In this document: piece by piece, positions 1-14,439 of the stretch
Layout: each line of letters opens with the position of its first letter
How positions within the stretch are numbered: the stretch's first letter is position 1
Assembly: GCF_001194135.2 (NCBI RefSeq)
Contig: NC_068981.1
Span: 128,366,714-128,430,713, forward strand
DNA length: 64,000 bases
Source of the DNA: Octopus bimaculoides
Lineage: Eukaryota
Reading direction: 5' to 3'
Position numbers and translations under genes: made by a program
The notes under the pieces: model-generated
What the model saw: the letters and a program-made list of their open reading frames with translations, nothing else
Told to the model about the DNA's origin: nothing
Database searches by the model: none

Positions 1-241
1 CACCAAGTCATCTGTGCGGAGAGAGAGTGTCGAAAATTGTTTAGCTAAATTTTCATCCAGAAATCTCACCTGCACCGTCCCAAATTTTCTTCCCCAGGTG
101 ACATGATTTTGATAAGGCCAAATTTTTCTAAGACAAACTTCAATTTTATCTGTGCTAACATTTTCTACACGTGTGTAATTATGTAGATGTGTGCGCATTT
201 GTTCGTGTATACACTTGTGTTTATGTACGCGCTAACTCTCT

Positions 242-3150
242 ATGGTAAAAGATGATATAATCTATCAGGAAGGAGGGAAAAGATTTGGACTTGAAACAAC
301 AGGGAATGGAGAATCATCGTCAAAGGGCGGACCATCGAGGAGAGAAAGACAAATTGCAAAGATACGAGAAGAGAAGAAAAAACCCAGAACCAGATGGAGG
401 GATGCAAAGGAGGAGGAAAGAGAAGGGTTAAAACAACTATATGAAGAGATTAAAAAGAGAGGCATCGAGAACAACTAAGAAAGGAAAGAAAGAATAACAG
501 AAGAAAGGAAGGAGAAAAGAACTATCGTAGTTTTGTAAACAACCCATATCAATATGCTAAACGTTTGTTTACTGAGAGTAAGGGCGGAAGATTGGATTGC
601 TCTAAAGAAGAGCTCGAACACTGTCTTAAAGAGACATACAGCGACGCTGATAGAAATAAAGTACTCCCAAAAATGCTCGGGCTGAAGAAACCAGCTGAAC
701 CAAGGGTACCATACGATTTGAGTGACATCAGACAGAAAGAAATTGATGGGTTCACTAGAAAAGCAAGAGCAAAAAGTTCACCACTATTTGCATTGATAAG
801 AGAAATGTGGAATAAGAAAGACGTAGCAGAGCGATGGTGTATAGCTGAAGGTATCTATTTACCTAAAGAGAAGGAAGCAAAAACCCTAGGGCAATTCAGA
901 CCCATTTCACTACTAAATACCGATAGGAAGATCATGTTTGAAATCTTTGCCAGGCGAATCATAAGATTCGTACAGCATAACGGATATGTTAATGAAGCAA
1001 TCCAAAAGGCATGGATCACTGGAATCCCTAGGTGCATAGAACATGCATTTGCTATCTGGGAAGCTATCAACTGTGCAAAACAACTGAAGAAAAACCTGTG
1101 TATTGTATGGTTAGATCTTGCCAATACATATGGATCTGCTCCACACGCACTAATTCAAGCAGCTATGGACTTCTTTTGGATTGCAGAAGATGTTCAACGA
1201 ATGCTCATGTGTTACTACGATAAATTGAGGATGAGATTTACAGCAGGGAAGTTCACAACGGAGTGGCAACGGCTTGAAGTAGGTATTGCAGCTGGATTTA
1301 TATCAATCATCTTATTTGTGCTAGTCATGGAGATGTTACTAGGATCAACAAACTGTGAGAAATCTGTTACAAAGACACCATTAAGAGCTTTTATGGATGA
1401 GGCAGCAAGATGGAACGTTAGAGCGATTGGACGAACTAATAGGATGGGCGAGAATGAAATTCAAAGACAAAAAATCTCGAAGCGTGGCTTTCGTGAAGGA
1501 GTAAAAAAAGAAGTGAAATTCAGGATAGGAAGTGAAGATATACCAACGGTAAAAGAACAACCAGTAAAGAGTCTCGGTACAGGGATTTACTAAAGTAAAG
1601 CAAAGAAACACACGATTTAGTGGGACAGGGACTAAAGGCAATTGACAGAACAACATTACCGGGGAAATTCAAATGCTGTACCCAAGAATAATGTGGACTG
1701 TACCCAAGGATAATGTGGACTGTACCCAAGGATAATATGATCATTGCAAATGTATGAAATAGCCTCGAGTAGAGTAGAAAGGGTGGAACAAAGACGCGGT
1801 GTGTTCAGAAAATGGCTTGGTCTTCCAAAACCACTGAATACAAGTGCACTATATGGAAAACCCGTGCTGCAACTACCGATAACATCAATCGCCGAAGAAT
1901 ATAAGGCAGGACAGGCAAGGACAGTAATGATGCTAAGGTATTCGAAAGATCAGAACATCCGAGAAAACCCTCCAAAAGTACGAACAGGGAGAAAATGGAA
2001 AGCGGAAGAGGCAGTAAACAGGACGATCGGAAAGCTAAGACATGCCGATATAGTCGGAACGATGCAAGAAGCAAGAGCCGGTCTAAGGTTGTGCAATTTC
2101 AAGCCATTTTGCATGAGCAGTGTAGAAGAGATGAAAGAGGCAGTGGTACATGATGTGAGAAAGGAGGAAGAAAAGCGAAATGTAATTTGGTGCAATGTAG
2201 TCAACAGGGTGTGCCTGAGATGGGAGGAATATGTAGCCAGTCGCAGAAGCTCATGGAAGAAACTTTGGGCTTGGGAACAAACAAGAACATCCTTCCTGAT
2301 CAAGTCTGCCTTCGACCTTTCACCTGATGAATGTAGTTGCGGAGAGAAAGCGACGGTGAGACATGTTCTGTCAAACTACAGGCTAGCACTAGACAGATAT
2401 ACATGGCGTCACAATCAAGTCCTCAGTGTCATAAGCGCAGCAATCAAGGAGAACACCGAGGGATATAATAGGGGTGAGTACCCAAAAGTAGAAAAGCGCG
2501 GAAGGATATACTTCCAGAAGGAAGGAAAAGGACATAAGGCCAGGCCTTCAAATAAAGTATACGTGACAGACGAAAGATGGAAGGGATAGTGGGAGCTGGC
2601 CGCGAATTTGGAAAGACTGTTAATATTTCCGCTCATAAAAACAACAAAAAGACCGGACTTAATCCTATGGAACACAGAACGAAAAGTTGGAATTTTGCAA
2701 GAGCTGACAGTGCCATAGGAAGAGAACATCGCTAATGCAGAGCAACAGAAGGAGACAAGTTATGAGAGATTAATCGAAGAGTGCAGAGTACAGGGATGGC
2801 AGTAGGGGATAGAGGCTTCATTGAAAGGAAAATGGCGACGTTATTTAAAAGAAGGTTTGCATTTTCTAGCTCAGAACTGAAAAAAATAATAAGGAAGATA
2901 CAGGAGGCAGCCTACAAGCCAGCTTCTATATATGGCTGAAACGAGAAAACCCTAAATGACTTGAAAGCCATAACATGCCGACTGGGAAATAGCGTCGCTA
3001 GGTGAGGCTGGCTGACACTTAAGCAGCATCGCTGATTGACAAGTAGGCCAAGGTAGCGATCTCACTCATAGCGAGTCCTCCTCTTGCTTCGAAGGCTTGT
3101 ACCATCAAACAGCTGGTCGGCTCTGGCTACTGGAACTGAAACTAACACGA
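242..3150 (+). mobile_element. Degenerate non-LTR retrotransposon with RT plus restriction-like endonuclease (HERO-like, R2 group)
   Basis: Frameshifted ORFs 242-478, 565-1593 and 1744-2589 carry RT motifs (QFRPISLLN, WLDLANTYGSAPH, GIAAG, RAFMDE for FMDD). These are followed by a zinc-finger relic (CSCGEKATVRHVLSNY..RYTWRHNQVL) and RLE motifs RPDLILWN and ELTVP..EE at about 2650-2730. Multiple stops and frameshifts. Confidence 0.88.
1690..1737 (+). repeat. Short tandem duplication (about 22-bp unit) inside the LINE ORF
   Basis: ataatgtggactgtacccaagg occurs twice, followed by a partial copy. Confidence 0.8.
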
Positions 3151-3153
3151 CAC

Positions 3154-3575
3154 TGTTGGAGGGCAGGTCTAGAGAGGATGCGGGCCAAAACTACGCGCCC
3201 TTCTCCTCCATTGGTCCGTTGAAGCTTAGACAATGTCACGTGAAAGTTAGCTGGTACTAGCTGCTGGAGCCTACCGACGAGTATTTAAAGGGAAATTTGA
3301 CAGGATGGTCATTCGCCCGCTGACATTCGTTGACGCTGTATCGAAGAAACCAAAGAACCACAGAGAGAAAAAACGCACTCAGCGCCAGAACTGAAGAGAC
3401 CTCCGAAGTGGGGGAGGGCCGCTACGTCGAAAACGGTAGAGGAGTAGGGGCCCAAACCGGACTTGGTTATTCCTGATGATGTCTTTAGTCACTGGATCCT
3501 ATAAAGGAGCTGTTAAGGTAGCGAACCACGAAACGAGGTTGGAATTCCATGGTAAAAGAGGAGGATAGTTTCAAT
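3154..3575 (+). mobile_element. LTR-like segment followed by a degenerate tRNA-iMet primer-binding site
   Basis: Starts TGTTGG and ends TTCCA at 3549. Contains TATTTAAA (3282) with an initiator-like TCATTC (3309). Followed by TGGTAAAAGAGGAGGATAGTTTCAAT (3550-3575), which resembles TGGTAGCAGAGGATGGTTTCGAT, the complement of the iMet tRNA 3' end. The left boundary is uncertain. Confidence 0.55.
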
Positions 3576-3994
3576 GATTTATTGTATATACGATTTCGTC
3601 TGTGTCTCTATCTAATTTCTTTATTCTCCTTTACTGTCTTTTTCTCTTATTCAAACACATGCGAGTGAGATGTATGTAAATACAATTTGAGATTACATGG
3701 TGCTAAAAAAGTACATTTTTCATGTATCTCTAACTCTCACTTCTCTTTCTTTACTCTTCTCTTTATTTTCCTCACTTTTAACTTTGTTTATCTCATCCTT
3801 AACTATACCACTATCTTACTTTTTATATCCATGTATTTATAATTATTTGCTTGTCTCTCCCTTTCTTCACTATACTCTGATACATACATTCTTATTGCAT
3901 AAGTCCCCATATAAGTTATTCATTAAGAAAAACAGTGACAAGTACACATCTACACAGTCACATGAACGGATGAAGGAAAGAAAATGTATACTTC

Positions 3995-4262
3995 AGTTGG
4001 AATTACATTATCTCAGCTAAAGATAGTCGGATGTGATTCGATTGCTGTTTCTAGTGGGCCAATCGGCTACATAGAGGTTACCTCGTTGGTTGTCTTTATT
4101 TTCTTGGTTTTATTGCGGGCGAGGTTGGTTCTCAATATTAACTGGATTTATAGAATTAGAACTGGAAACCGAAACTGTATCTCAATCTTGGTTCGTTGTC
4201 GGTTTAGTAAGTTTTCTCAGTCGTTTGTTGCAACTATCTATCTCTTTCAAAAAGATAAAACA
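3995..4262 (-). mobile_element. Probable solo LTR remnant
   Basis: On the minus strand it starts TGTT, has TATAAAT then two AATAAA, and ends TTCCAAC. No TSD found. Confidence 0.35.
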
Positions 4263-4339
4263 TGTTGAGGTAATATATTTGTGCATTATGTGAATTTAAA
4301 CGTGCACTTTTCCTTAGTGTTCAGTTTCTTTTGTGACGT

Positions 4340-4740
4340 AGTACTGTGCCTGTCGATATTTTTTTACTTCTTTGTTTCAATTTTTGAAGTCCTAAGAAAG
4401 GCGAGAAGCCATGTAGTGTAAGGGGCCATGAAGAAGGAGAAATTAAGACAAAAAGAATTAACTTACTTAAGATGTGAAAGAGTTCAGGTCGAAAGTAGGA
4501 GGAAACCAATGAGATGGAAAGAGAGTTCCAAAGTCTAGAAGTTTGAGGGTGGGCTATGACCGTAGAAAGACTTCTTTCTTCGTGGAAGCACAACAGCATT
4601 TGGACGAAGACCCTGTGAGTTTTGAGTCAGTCGAGATGACACAAAATGATCTGGAACTAAAAGAGAAAATTCAGAGCACTTCCTGTGGCAATGACAATAG
4701 ACAAGATTAAGACTAACGACGTCATGTCGATGTGACAAAG
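4340..4740 (-). mobile_element. 3' fragment of a CR1/L2-group LINE
   Basis: Minus-strand translations HRHDVVSLNLVY..CSEFSLLVPD and TSRLWNSL match the typical CR1-group ORF2 C-terminus (HRRxVASLxLFY...RLWNSLP). Confidence 0.65.
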
Positions 4741-5223
4741 GTTGCAGAGTTGAGTCAAGAAAAAAAAAACAACAGCGATTTCCCTTACATTCTCACCATG
4801 TTCTTTTTACCTCTTTTTCTACACACACACACACACACACAGACGTATGTATGGTATGTATGCATCCCTGTGTGTGTATGCGAGTGTCTGCATGTGTATA
4901 CATGTATGTGTTATGTATGCATATGTGAGTATACACACATACACACATATCCTTTGCTTTTCAGTTGATACCTGTTTTGTACAATTCGCTAGTGAAAAAG
5001 CAAGTCATTTCTTTAACGTCCACGTTCCCGTGTTTTGCATGGCACATATGAATTTCGTTGAAACAAGGTTTTCTACAAACATATGTTCTTCTTGCTGCTA
5101 ACCTTTGTCTGTATCCAAGCGAGGTAATATTTCCTTCAGGCCTCCAAACACTAACACCAAAATAGCCAAACGAACAACACTGCATGTTTGATAATGACAT
5201 TTTTTAATAATTACCACGTCATT

Positions 5224-5257
<34 letters not shown>

Positions 5258-6401
5258 ATGCATGCACGCATGAGATGAACTTCTTTCATTTTCCGCCCAC
5301 TGTATCTACTCACAAGGCTTTTGTCGACACTTGCTCAATGTACAGTACAGTCTATACTCGAAACCACGTAAATATGATGTGAACTTATTAAGCCGCACTG
5401 GCATGCCCACACCTTCTCCACTTCCATTTCTCTGCTTCTCCACTTCCATTTTAAATAGAATATGTTTCACTGTTTATATGGAAGTTGTCAGTGTTGAGAG
5501 TTTCTTCAAGCATTCAATGCTATAAATCAAATACTGTTACTAACGCTGACATTTTGAAAGCATTGCGGAAGAGGAGAGTTGTGAATTTAAATTTCAAAAT
5601 TTTATGTACTTTTTAGCAATTCTTGTTCTTGTCCAGATGTATGCAGTTAAATAACAAAGTCTCTATAGCACTTATCACCAAGAAAGAAACAAAGAGACTG
5701 CTATCTGATTATTCCAACCCTGTTAATTGCTGTCTTTCTATTGTTTTATGTGAAATAATTTCGAAGTTTGTTATTTGGTGTGGTAGTTGCTAAAGTTGAG
5801 TTTTAGAACTTCAGTATGGAAATCATACCAAGCAATATTGATTTACCTGACAAGTTACTATCAAAATGTATGAACGTTTTCCTTCGACTGTTACACCTAT
5901 TAGTTCGTTAAACCCTTTATCCTTCAACTCCCCTCTTCCTTCACCACACTCTCGACTTTTCTTGTTTCTCCTCATCTCGCTACAATTTCCTTCTTTCTTC
6001 TCACATTATTTCTTCTACAACCTCTTGTTCATGTGCAAAGCTCATGTGGTCCTGCGTTTCTTGTCAATTGCAGCCAGTTTTTTTTTATATAACTTAGAGG
6101 ATGTAAAACCCTGTCGTCTCACATATTTCTCACCTTTCAACTTTCTCTCCTAAAGATGAACTGGATTTTTCTGATTTGACGGGCAACACTTTTCATTAAT
6201 GTTTTATGTAGTGTTTTTGGTACCGAAACACTTTCAAACTTCGTATACTTGTGTATTTTGTGTTAATTTTTGTATTCGAAGTTATTTCATGTAAGAAATT
6301 GTCGTATTTCGGTATTTTCAACCAATCACTGACGTCTATTGAAGTGAAAACAATTACTGCCGTGGAATGTAAACAACGGTGTCATGGGATTTTTTCCCTT
6401 G

Positions 6402-7183
6402 NNNNNNNNNNNNNNNNNNNNNNNNNNNNNNNNNNNNNNNNNNNNNNNNNNNNNNNNNNNNNNNNNNNNNNNNNNNNNNNNNNNNNNNNNNNNNNNNNNN
6501 NNNNNNNNNNNNNNNNNNNNNNNNNNNNNNNNNNNNNNNNNNNNNNNNNNNNNNNNNNNNNNNNNNNNNNNNNNNNNNNNNNNNNNNNNNNNNNNNNNNN
6601 NNNNNNNNNNNNNNNNNNNNNNNNNNNNNNNNNNNNNNNNNNNNNNNNNNNNNNNNNNNNNNNNNNNNNNNNNNNNNNNNNNNNNNNNNNNNNNNNNNNN
6701 NNNNNNNNNNNNNNNNNNNNNNNNNNNNNNNNNNNNNNNNNNNNNNNNNNNNNNNNNNNNNNNNNNNNNNNNNNNNNNNNNNNNNNNNNNNNNNNNNNNN
6801 NNNNNNNNNNNNNNNNNNNNNNNNNNNNNNNNNNNNNNNNNNNNNNNNNNNNNNNNNNNNNNNNNNNNNNNNNNNNNNNNNNNNNNNNNNNNNNNNNNNN
6901 NNNNNNNNNNNNNNNNNNNNNNNNNNNNNNNNNNNNNNNNNNNNNNNNNNNNNNNNNNNNNNNNNNNNNNNNNNNNNNNNNNNNNNNNNNNNNNNNNNNN
7001 NNNNNNNNNNNNNNNNNNNNNNNNNNNNNNNNNNNNNNNNNNNNNNNNNNNNNNNNNNNNNNNNNNNNNNNNNNNNNNNNNNNNNNNNNNNNNNNNNNNN
7101 NNNNNNNNNNNNNNNNNNNNNNNNNNNNNNNNNNNNNNNNNNNNNNNNNNNNNNNNNNNNNNNNNNNNNNNNNNNNNNNNNNN
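6402..7183. other. Assembly gap (N run)
   Basis: Continuous N. ORFs called across it are artefacts. Confidence 1.
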
Positions 7184-7274
7184 AGGTTCTGGTGCACTTG
7201 GAGCAAATATGTAGGCTTTTGGTCAGACGGGGATTATGACAATGATTCTTTTCTTCTCATACACGTGTGCGCAC

Positions 7275-7327
<53 letters not shown>

Positions 7328-8000
7328 CGTGCATGCATGTGTATTACAGTAAAATACTCTTTTGCTTTCAACAAGACAAAAGGTTTTGCTTGAAACATTC
7401 ACTTTTCATAGCACACAAGCTTATTCAATTTGGACTAGTACTTTCCTTGGGCTTATTCAAACTAAGCGGAGTTCGTATCTATTTTTTCAATTAGCTTAAC
7501 TTGAGACATGTAACGTATCTTATCAGATATCATCCTCATTTTTATGTTCACAATTTCTATGCTGCTATGGATTGGACAACACTTCCTGAGGCAGTGTTCT
7601 ACAGCGAGGTACCCTTCCTAAATCCAATCATTGTTTATAAGTAAGGTACTTTATTCCATCATCATACATTGAACAACCAAACTACCGTACTTTATGCTTA
7701 TGCAAGGCATATATGTGACTGCATCCTGATCGGTGTCACTTTGAAACACGGACGTGCACACACACACACAATTACTGTCGTTTTTACGTATGCTTTTTTG
7801 CATATTCACATGAACTGGACAAAACTTAGAAACAGTATTCTATGGTTGGATGCCCTTCTTGTTGCCAGCATTTGTTTTTTAAAGAAAGGCACCTTTTATT
7901 CAGCTAGTCTAAGTATGTCAAAATCACTCAACTATGTGACGTATAATTTACTAAGGATATAAACAATCACACTAACAGGCACAACACACATACACGTGAA

Positions 8001-8319
8001 GGCGCATGGCTCAGCGATTAGGGCATCGGGCTCACAATCATGAGGTAGTGAGTTCGATCCCCGCACCGGGCTGTGTGTTGTGTTCTTGAGCAAGACACTT
8101 TATTTCACGTTGCTCCAGTTCGCTCAGCTGTAGAAACGAGTTTCAACGTCATAAGTGCCAAGCTGTATCGGCCTTTGCCTCTACCTTTCCCTTGGGTAGC
8201 ATCAGTGGCGTGGGCGACTGCTGGTCTTCCATAAACAACCTTGCCCGGACTTGTACCTCGGAAGGTAACCTTGAAGGTGCAATCCTATGGTCATTCATGA
8301 CCGAAGGAGTCTTTACCCG

Positions 8320-8330
<11 letters not shown>
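8001..8330 (+). mobile_element. tRNA-derived SINE, well preserved copy
   Basis: Head GGCGCATGGCTCAGCGATTAG (A box) and GTTCGATCCC (B box, 8052), then a non-tRNA body ending at a (CA)n tract. Confidence 0.8.
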
Positions 8331-8361
<31 letters not shown>

Positions 8362-8539
8362 GCACACAATGGGCTTCTGTCTACCAACTTTCAGTCACAA
8401 GGTATAGATCAAACTAAGACTATAGTAAAAGTCACTTGCCCAAGATGCCACACAGCGAAATTGAAACTGAAACCACATGGTTAGAAGGTAACTTTTTCAT
8501 TCACGAAACCATGCCATCACCCAAGTGTTTTAACATCTA

Positions 8540-8576
8540 ACAACACAGACAACGAGAAATGTAACAGTAATTTATT
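8540..8576 (-). terminator. Candidate polyadenylation site of a minus-strand transcript
   Basis: Minus-strand AATAAA (8576-8571), a CA about 10 nt downstream (near 8560), then a U/GU-rich element TTTCTCGTTGTCTGTGTTGTT. Confidence 0.5.
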
Positions 8577-11337
8577 TGATATTTAATATTTAACATATGC
8601 AATACATTTCAGAGGAGGGAAAAAAGAAATATAATGGAAAAGAAACATTTTCAAATGTAAAGTACAACTCAATATTTATACATGCAATTTCACTAATATG
8701 TCATGCACAGAAATGACATTTCATAAAAGATATTCTAACTAAAGTTAATAAACAAAAATGTTAACAAGCTGGCTGAAACCTTATTTTATTACAGTTTCAA
8801 CAAAAGTATAAAATAGAAAGGAAAAAAAAAACAATATTTAAACATGGAAAATATATTCAACCAGTTACATAGGAAAATGATAAATTTAAACTAAAATCAA
8901 AAAATAAAAATTGATATTGCCAAGATTATATATATATAATTTTCGTTTCACATTATGGAATATAACTTAAGCAATATTTAACATAATATCTATTAAGTGT
9001 CACCAATATAACAAATAACCAGTAGAGAATATATTTTTAAATAATTTAAGCAGTTATGTATGATGTTATGAATCTACACAAAACTAAATGAACATATCAG
9101 TTCTGACAATGTCAAAAAAGTTCATTATCAAATGAAGAACAATTTCTCACTGAAGCATAAAACCCTTTTTGGTGCTGTTTTTCATTTTCAAGGTCCCCTA
9201 AAAGTAGGAGTATTCAATAAAGTAAATCGTGGACAGCAAAGTGCCACAAATGGGAAACTATCTCATTCATGTACAAGTCATCAATCTCATGTATTACTAG
9301 TTATATGAGATAGCCAGAACTAAAGTAATAATATTTAAGCACAAACTGGTATCAGAGGGGACTGTTAACTAGATCTACCACATGCTGAACATTTTATTCA
9401 AAATTCAAGTTATATTGCTGGTGTTTGGTGTCAACAGTGAAATTTATGGGAGCACATCTGTTAGACAGCGTAGGCCATTTAGAAGAAAAATACAGTTGGA
9501 TTTTGAGGCTTTCAGAGGGCACTTGAAATGAAAAAGTACTCCTCCTTTTTGAAAGAGAGAAGTCAATTGACTCAACACCAGTATATTGGTAATTAATTTG
9601 TCAACACTAAGGGTGTACAATTGGAAGATTTGAATTTAAAAATATGTTATGATTGGCACTTTAGTCCATCTTGCATACCAAATTCAGTAATTTAACTTCA
9701 GTTAAACAGTAGCCCTTTCATACAATATAAATTTTATGATGAAACTTTTAAAAATGATTGCATGATGGAAAAAACATACATTAAAAACTCCAACGACAAC
9801 TGTGTCTAAAGCAGTATTTCATGCATGACATGGTTTTACAGCAGTAGTAAGTCAAATTGTTACTTAAAATTCACAAGGATTTTTTGGTATTTCATAAGTG
9901 GTTCATAAATATTTACTGGATATAAATCGGGATTCACATCATTAAAACACAAGTTTAATGTTCATGTGTAAACTTCATTTGTGCTATATATCTTCTTAAG
10001 CATCTAATTTTTATCATATGTAGTTTATACACTAAGCAAATCTAACTACCCCTTGCATACATGAAGCTGAAAAAACAGTCTCTATATTATGTATATATGA
10101 AACTTCAGTGATCCATAATGGCAAATATTGAAAGATGTCATGTTTATACCTTTCTCAAGGTCATTAGTAATCTAAATGATTTCTATTAGTAGATGTCAAC
10201 AGTCAAAAGAGAAAGTAATTAGAGTCAAATTCATTAACTATACCACTCACTATACAAAAATGTGCCTTTTCACTAATCAATAGAGATCTCCAAGCAAACA
10301 GGATAATTTATGAAACAACAAAATAAGGAAAATAGCATATGGTGAAAATTTATATGGTACTAAAACTATCAACTAATTTCAATATATTTGAGTTTATTTA
10401 TGTAAATATACACATATATAAGTAGATGACACAAACTGTAAATATTCATGACCAGCAGTTAAATTCTACTGATTTCAAGGAGTGGAGTAAAGCACTCTGA
10501 TGTACAAGACTTCTCCACACTACAAAATGTGCAGTGTAAATGAAGAGAAATAGTTACAAATAGGAAATCAAAATTTGATCAATGAATCGGCCCACCAAGA
10601 GCTTACATCAAATATGCAGAGCTCATATATATATAGAATGGCATTTTGTAAATTTCATAAAACATATGAGCAACAATAAAAGACACAATGGAGGTAATAC
10701 CAAAATATAGTTAAAGCATAATATCATTTTTAATAAATTTATTAATTTTCATTCTTTTTTTTCTTTATTACTTATCCACACTTTCATATTTCTTTGTCAT
10801 CCCAACGTTGTTGCTTGACTGACTTCAAACAACAAATTAAAAAATGTCTTAAAAGTCATCAGATCTAAACCAATGTAACTGTAAATATGAGGGAGAATCC
10901 CAATTCCTGAGTAACAGACCTGCTCAACTTGGATCAATCAATTTTTAACAATCATTTCCCCAACAATATACAAGTTACATTAGTTATAGATTTAAAATCC
11001 AAAGTACACTCATACTACACCAAACAGTTCAGTAATGCTATCGGTTCAATCAAGAGAATGGTGAAAATTTCTTTTGTTTTTGTTTTTTTAAATTTTGTTT
11101 GATTCTCTCTTTCTGAGCAAAAAAAAAAAATTAAATTTTCATATATTTGCTTCCAAAATAATTTTGGTTAAAAAACACATCAATTGCAAAGTAAAATGTT
11201 TTTCAAGATAAATTTGTGGAGAATATGTAGATGAAAGGATCACTAAAACATGTCAATAATCTCAGATTTGCTTAGCTTACTTTTCTAAGATATTTTAGGG
11301 AAGCCAGCAATATATATATATACATATATATATATAC

Positions 11338-11398
<61 letters not shown>

Positions 11399-12424
11399 GT
11401 ATATATAGGAATAACAACAACAGCAGCAGTAGTAACAACATCAATGTTCAAGATAAAATGCAAAAAACTTTCAAAATAATTCATGGAAATATATATTCTA
11501 AAACATAACTACAAAAAATAGAATTTTCAAAAGCCTTTTAAATCTCATAAAATATTTGGATATATATGTTGAAACATTTTGTTTGTATGTGTTAAGAGTT
11601 AATATTGTTAGTTTTAGATTAGTTTTAAACTAATTTTATATTGTACATTCTAACAGGTGTCAAATCAAGCTATTTTCATTCTAAGAGAATGGCAAGTGTA
11701 TATGTATGTGTGTGTGCGTGTGTGTGTGTTTATTCACACACACACACACAAAAACACATGTAAATATATTATACAAACACACAGATTATTATTATTATTA
11801 TCATTATTAAAACCATGACTCCAAAACCTCTTTTCATTGATAAAGATGTGAGAAACTAGCTATAATGACAAATATATATATATATATATATATATTCAAA
11901 TATGAATTAGAAGCAGCACTAGTGTGTACACACATATATACACATACAAATATAGATATGCACACATAAATATGTGTATGCATGCATACATACATGTATG
12001 TATGTGTGTGTGTATGTATGTATGTATATATATATATATATATATATATACATACAAAAGAGACTACAGTCATCACTCACAAACAAATATGACTTGATAG
12101 CATATAGTATGCAGTCATTAATTGTTTTAAGTTCCTTTGTAGTCAAGAGAAGACATAAATGCCTTTTCAGGTTCCCCAGTTATTGATCGAATGGAGCATC
12201 AAGAAAATGGCAGCTGGCGGGAGAAAGGGCTGCACCAGCAATTGAGTAGACTGGAGTAGCATGAAATAAATTCTCTTGATCAAAAACTCAGTATGCCAAC
12301 CAGCCTAGGAATCAAACCCACAACCTTCTGATCATTAGCCCAACATTCTAAACACTAGGTCATATACCTTTGTATGTATACACAGTCATGCACACACATG
12401 ATCATGTGCTTCTAACTATACATA

Positions 12425-12455
12425 CATACACACACACATATATATATATACATAT

Positions 12456-12544
<89 letters not shown>

Positions 12545-12546
12545 TG

Positions 12547-12577
<31 letters not shown>

Positions 12578-12600
12578 TTATAATGTATATATAACATATA
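12425..12600. repeat. Compound (CA)n/(TA)n microsatellite, one of many (others near 11310, 11870, 21377, 22400, 24500, 27550, 34760, 34915)
   Basis: Directly visible dinucleotide runs. Confidence 0.95.
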
Positions 12601-14439
12601 TATGTAGATGCACACATACAATAAGTACATTTGGTGAGTTAGAAGTAGTCAACTTACTAATCAGATAAATTAATAACTCATGATTCAATAAAATGATTAC
12701 TTGAGTTACAAAAGTAATTCACAATTTCTTAAATATCTAATAAATAACAAAAGAATCCTTACAGGAAACATAACTACATCTACCAATCAGTCACATTATA
12801 TTCCAAATACAAAATTACAAAATATAGAAGCTAAGCTTGGCAGTATGTGGGTAAATTAATTGTACAAAGATATCAAAAATTTAATCCACACTGGAAGATG
12901 AATTAATTACATCACAGAGAGAACATAACCTGGATAACACCTTTAGGAAGACATAAAAATGTACTGAATATCAATGTACATATAAAAACCTATATAGAAT
13001 TGTTTCAATATTGAAGAGATACAAGTGTCTGCTTAAAATAAATATTGTACCCATATATTCATTAAATGTAGATTTGAAGCCAGTCTATTTCTTGGTTAAT
13101 GTAAGAGTGAGGTAATATTTTATAATTGTAATGCTTTAAGACATCAGTAAGTATAGTATCTAGAAATATTGTCTACTGTTATGATTACTTGCCACTAAAA
13201 GTAGTTATTGAGATATGAACAGCAGTAAAAATACCTTTATGTTTATAAGTCTCTTACACACACATGTACAATTTTAAAAAAACAAGAAATGTGAGGTAGC
13301 AAACAAATGGATTGAGAGGTCAAAAGCCATTTGAAAAAAAATGTCATGAAACAATATCAAAACCAGATTATTAAATACAATGTATGGTGCACTCTAGTAT
13401 GTGAAGTTGAAACATAGACATTAACAAAACTTTGGATTGCAATAATTTGATATATTGGTACATAGATGATCTTTGAGAATATGGACCACTCATAAAACCC
13501 ACAATGAAGTACTGAAAATGACAAAAAAATCAGAAAATTTTCACTAGACACCATCAAAGGGAGAAAACTAAAATATTTTTGGACAATTTTAATTAGAAAA
13601 GTCAGTTAAAGTGGAATATCTATTTTAACCCTTAAGCTGCAAAATGAAATTTCATGGTTATTCCAGTAATGATGTTATACATATCTTCCAAAAAATAGAA
13701 TTGGTATTTTTTGTAAGTCACAGTGCCTCAATAAACATGATAGATTTCAACAAAAAATAGTTTCAAATATGATATTCCTTCAAAATAGATAGATTTTAGA
13801 TAGAAAACTGCTTTCCACGATTAAAGATATATCTGATTTCCAGAGTAAAAGGGTTTAAAGTACTAATAAAGTCAGACAGTAAAGGATCTAAATTAATATA
13901 TTAAGTGCCACTGATATTTGGGCAATAAGATATATCATCTTTAGCAACTATTGATAAATACATAAAGTGCATAATATATTTCTATAAACCAGTCACACAC
14001 AACATAAAATGACTGCCTCTAGGTTATATGACAGAAACAAATTCCTGTATTTAGTGGTAACAGCAGGGTCATGTTTAATGGTGTTTCATGCTTAATGATA
14101 ATAATAGTGTTAAGTGGAGACAGTAGTGTCATCTTGAAAGGAAACAGTAGTGTTATGTTTAGTGAAGACAACAGTGTTAGGTTTACAATCATCAACGTTC
14201 TATTTATTGCTGATCTTACATGTATACAGACTTTTGACAGTAGTGCTATAATGAGAAAAGACAGAGGTGCTATATTGTATATTGAATGAAATACTATATA
14301 GAGTAGTAATTTAAGTTCTCTAGTACAACAGTGCTATACTATGGTAATTAAAGTAGAATATTAATTAGTGGCTACAATGTCACCAGCTTTATATCAAATA
14401 TGAGTGACATCAGACTTATTATATCAAATAATTCTAATT

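Noticed and set aside
3385-3535. Two CTGAnGA motifs with downstream GAAAC-like sequence suggesting hammerhead ribozymes
   Set aside because: In the first, GAAA is replaced by GCTA and stem I does not pair. In the second, stem II does not close. The region is better explained as an LTR.
6251-7393. Long ORFs spanning N runs (also 27673-28507)
   Set aside because: Artefacts of translating assembly gaps.
11272-12630. ORFs rich in YI/CV/HT repeats (also near 22300-22630 and 24460-24760)
   Set aside because: Translations of (TA)n and (CA)n microsatellites.
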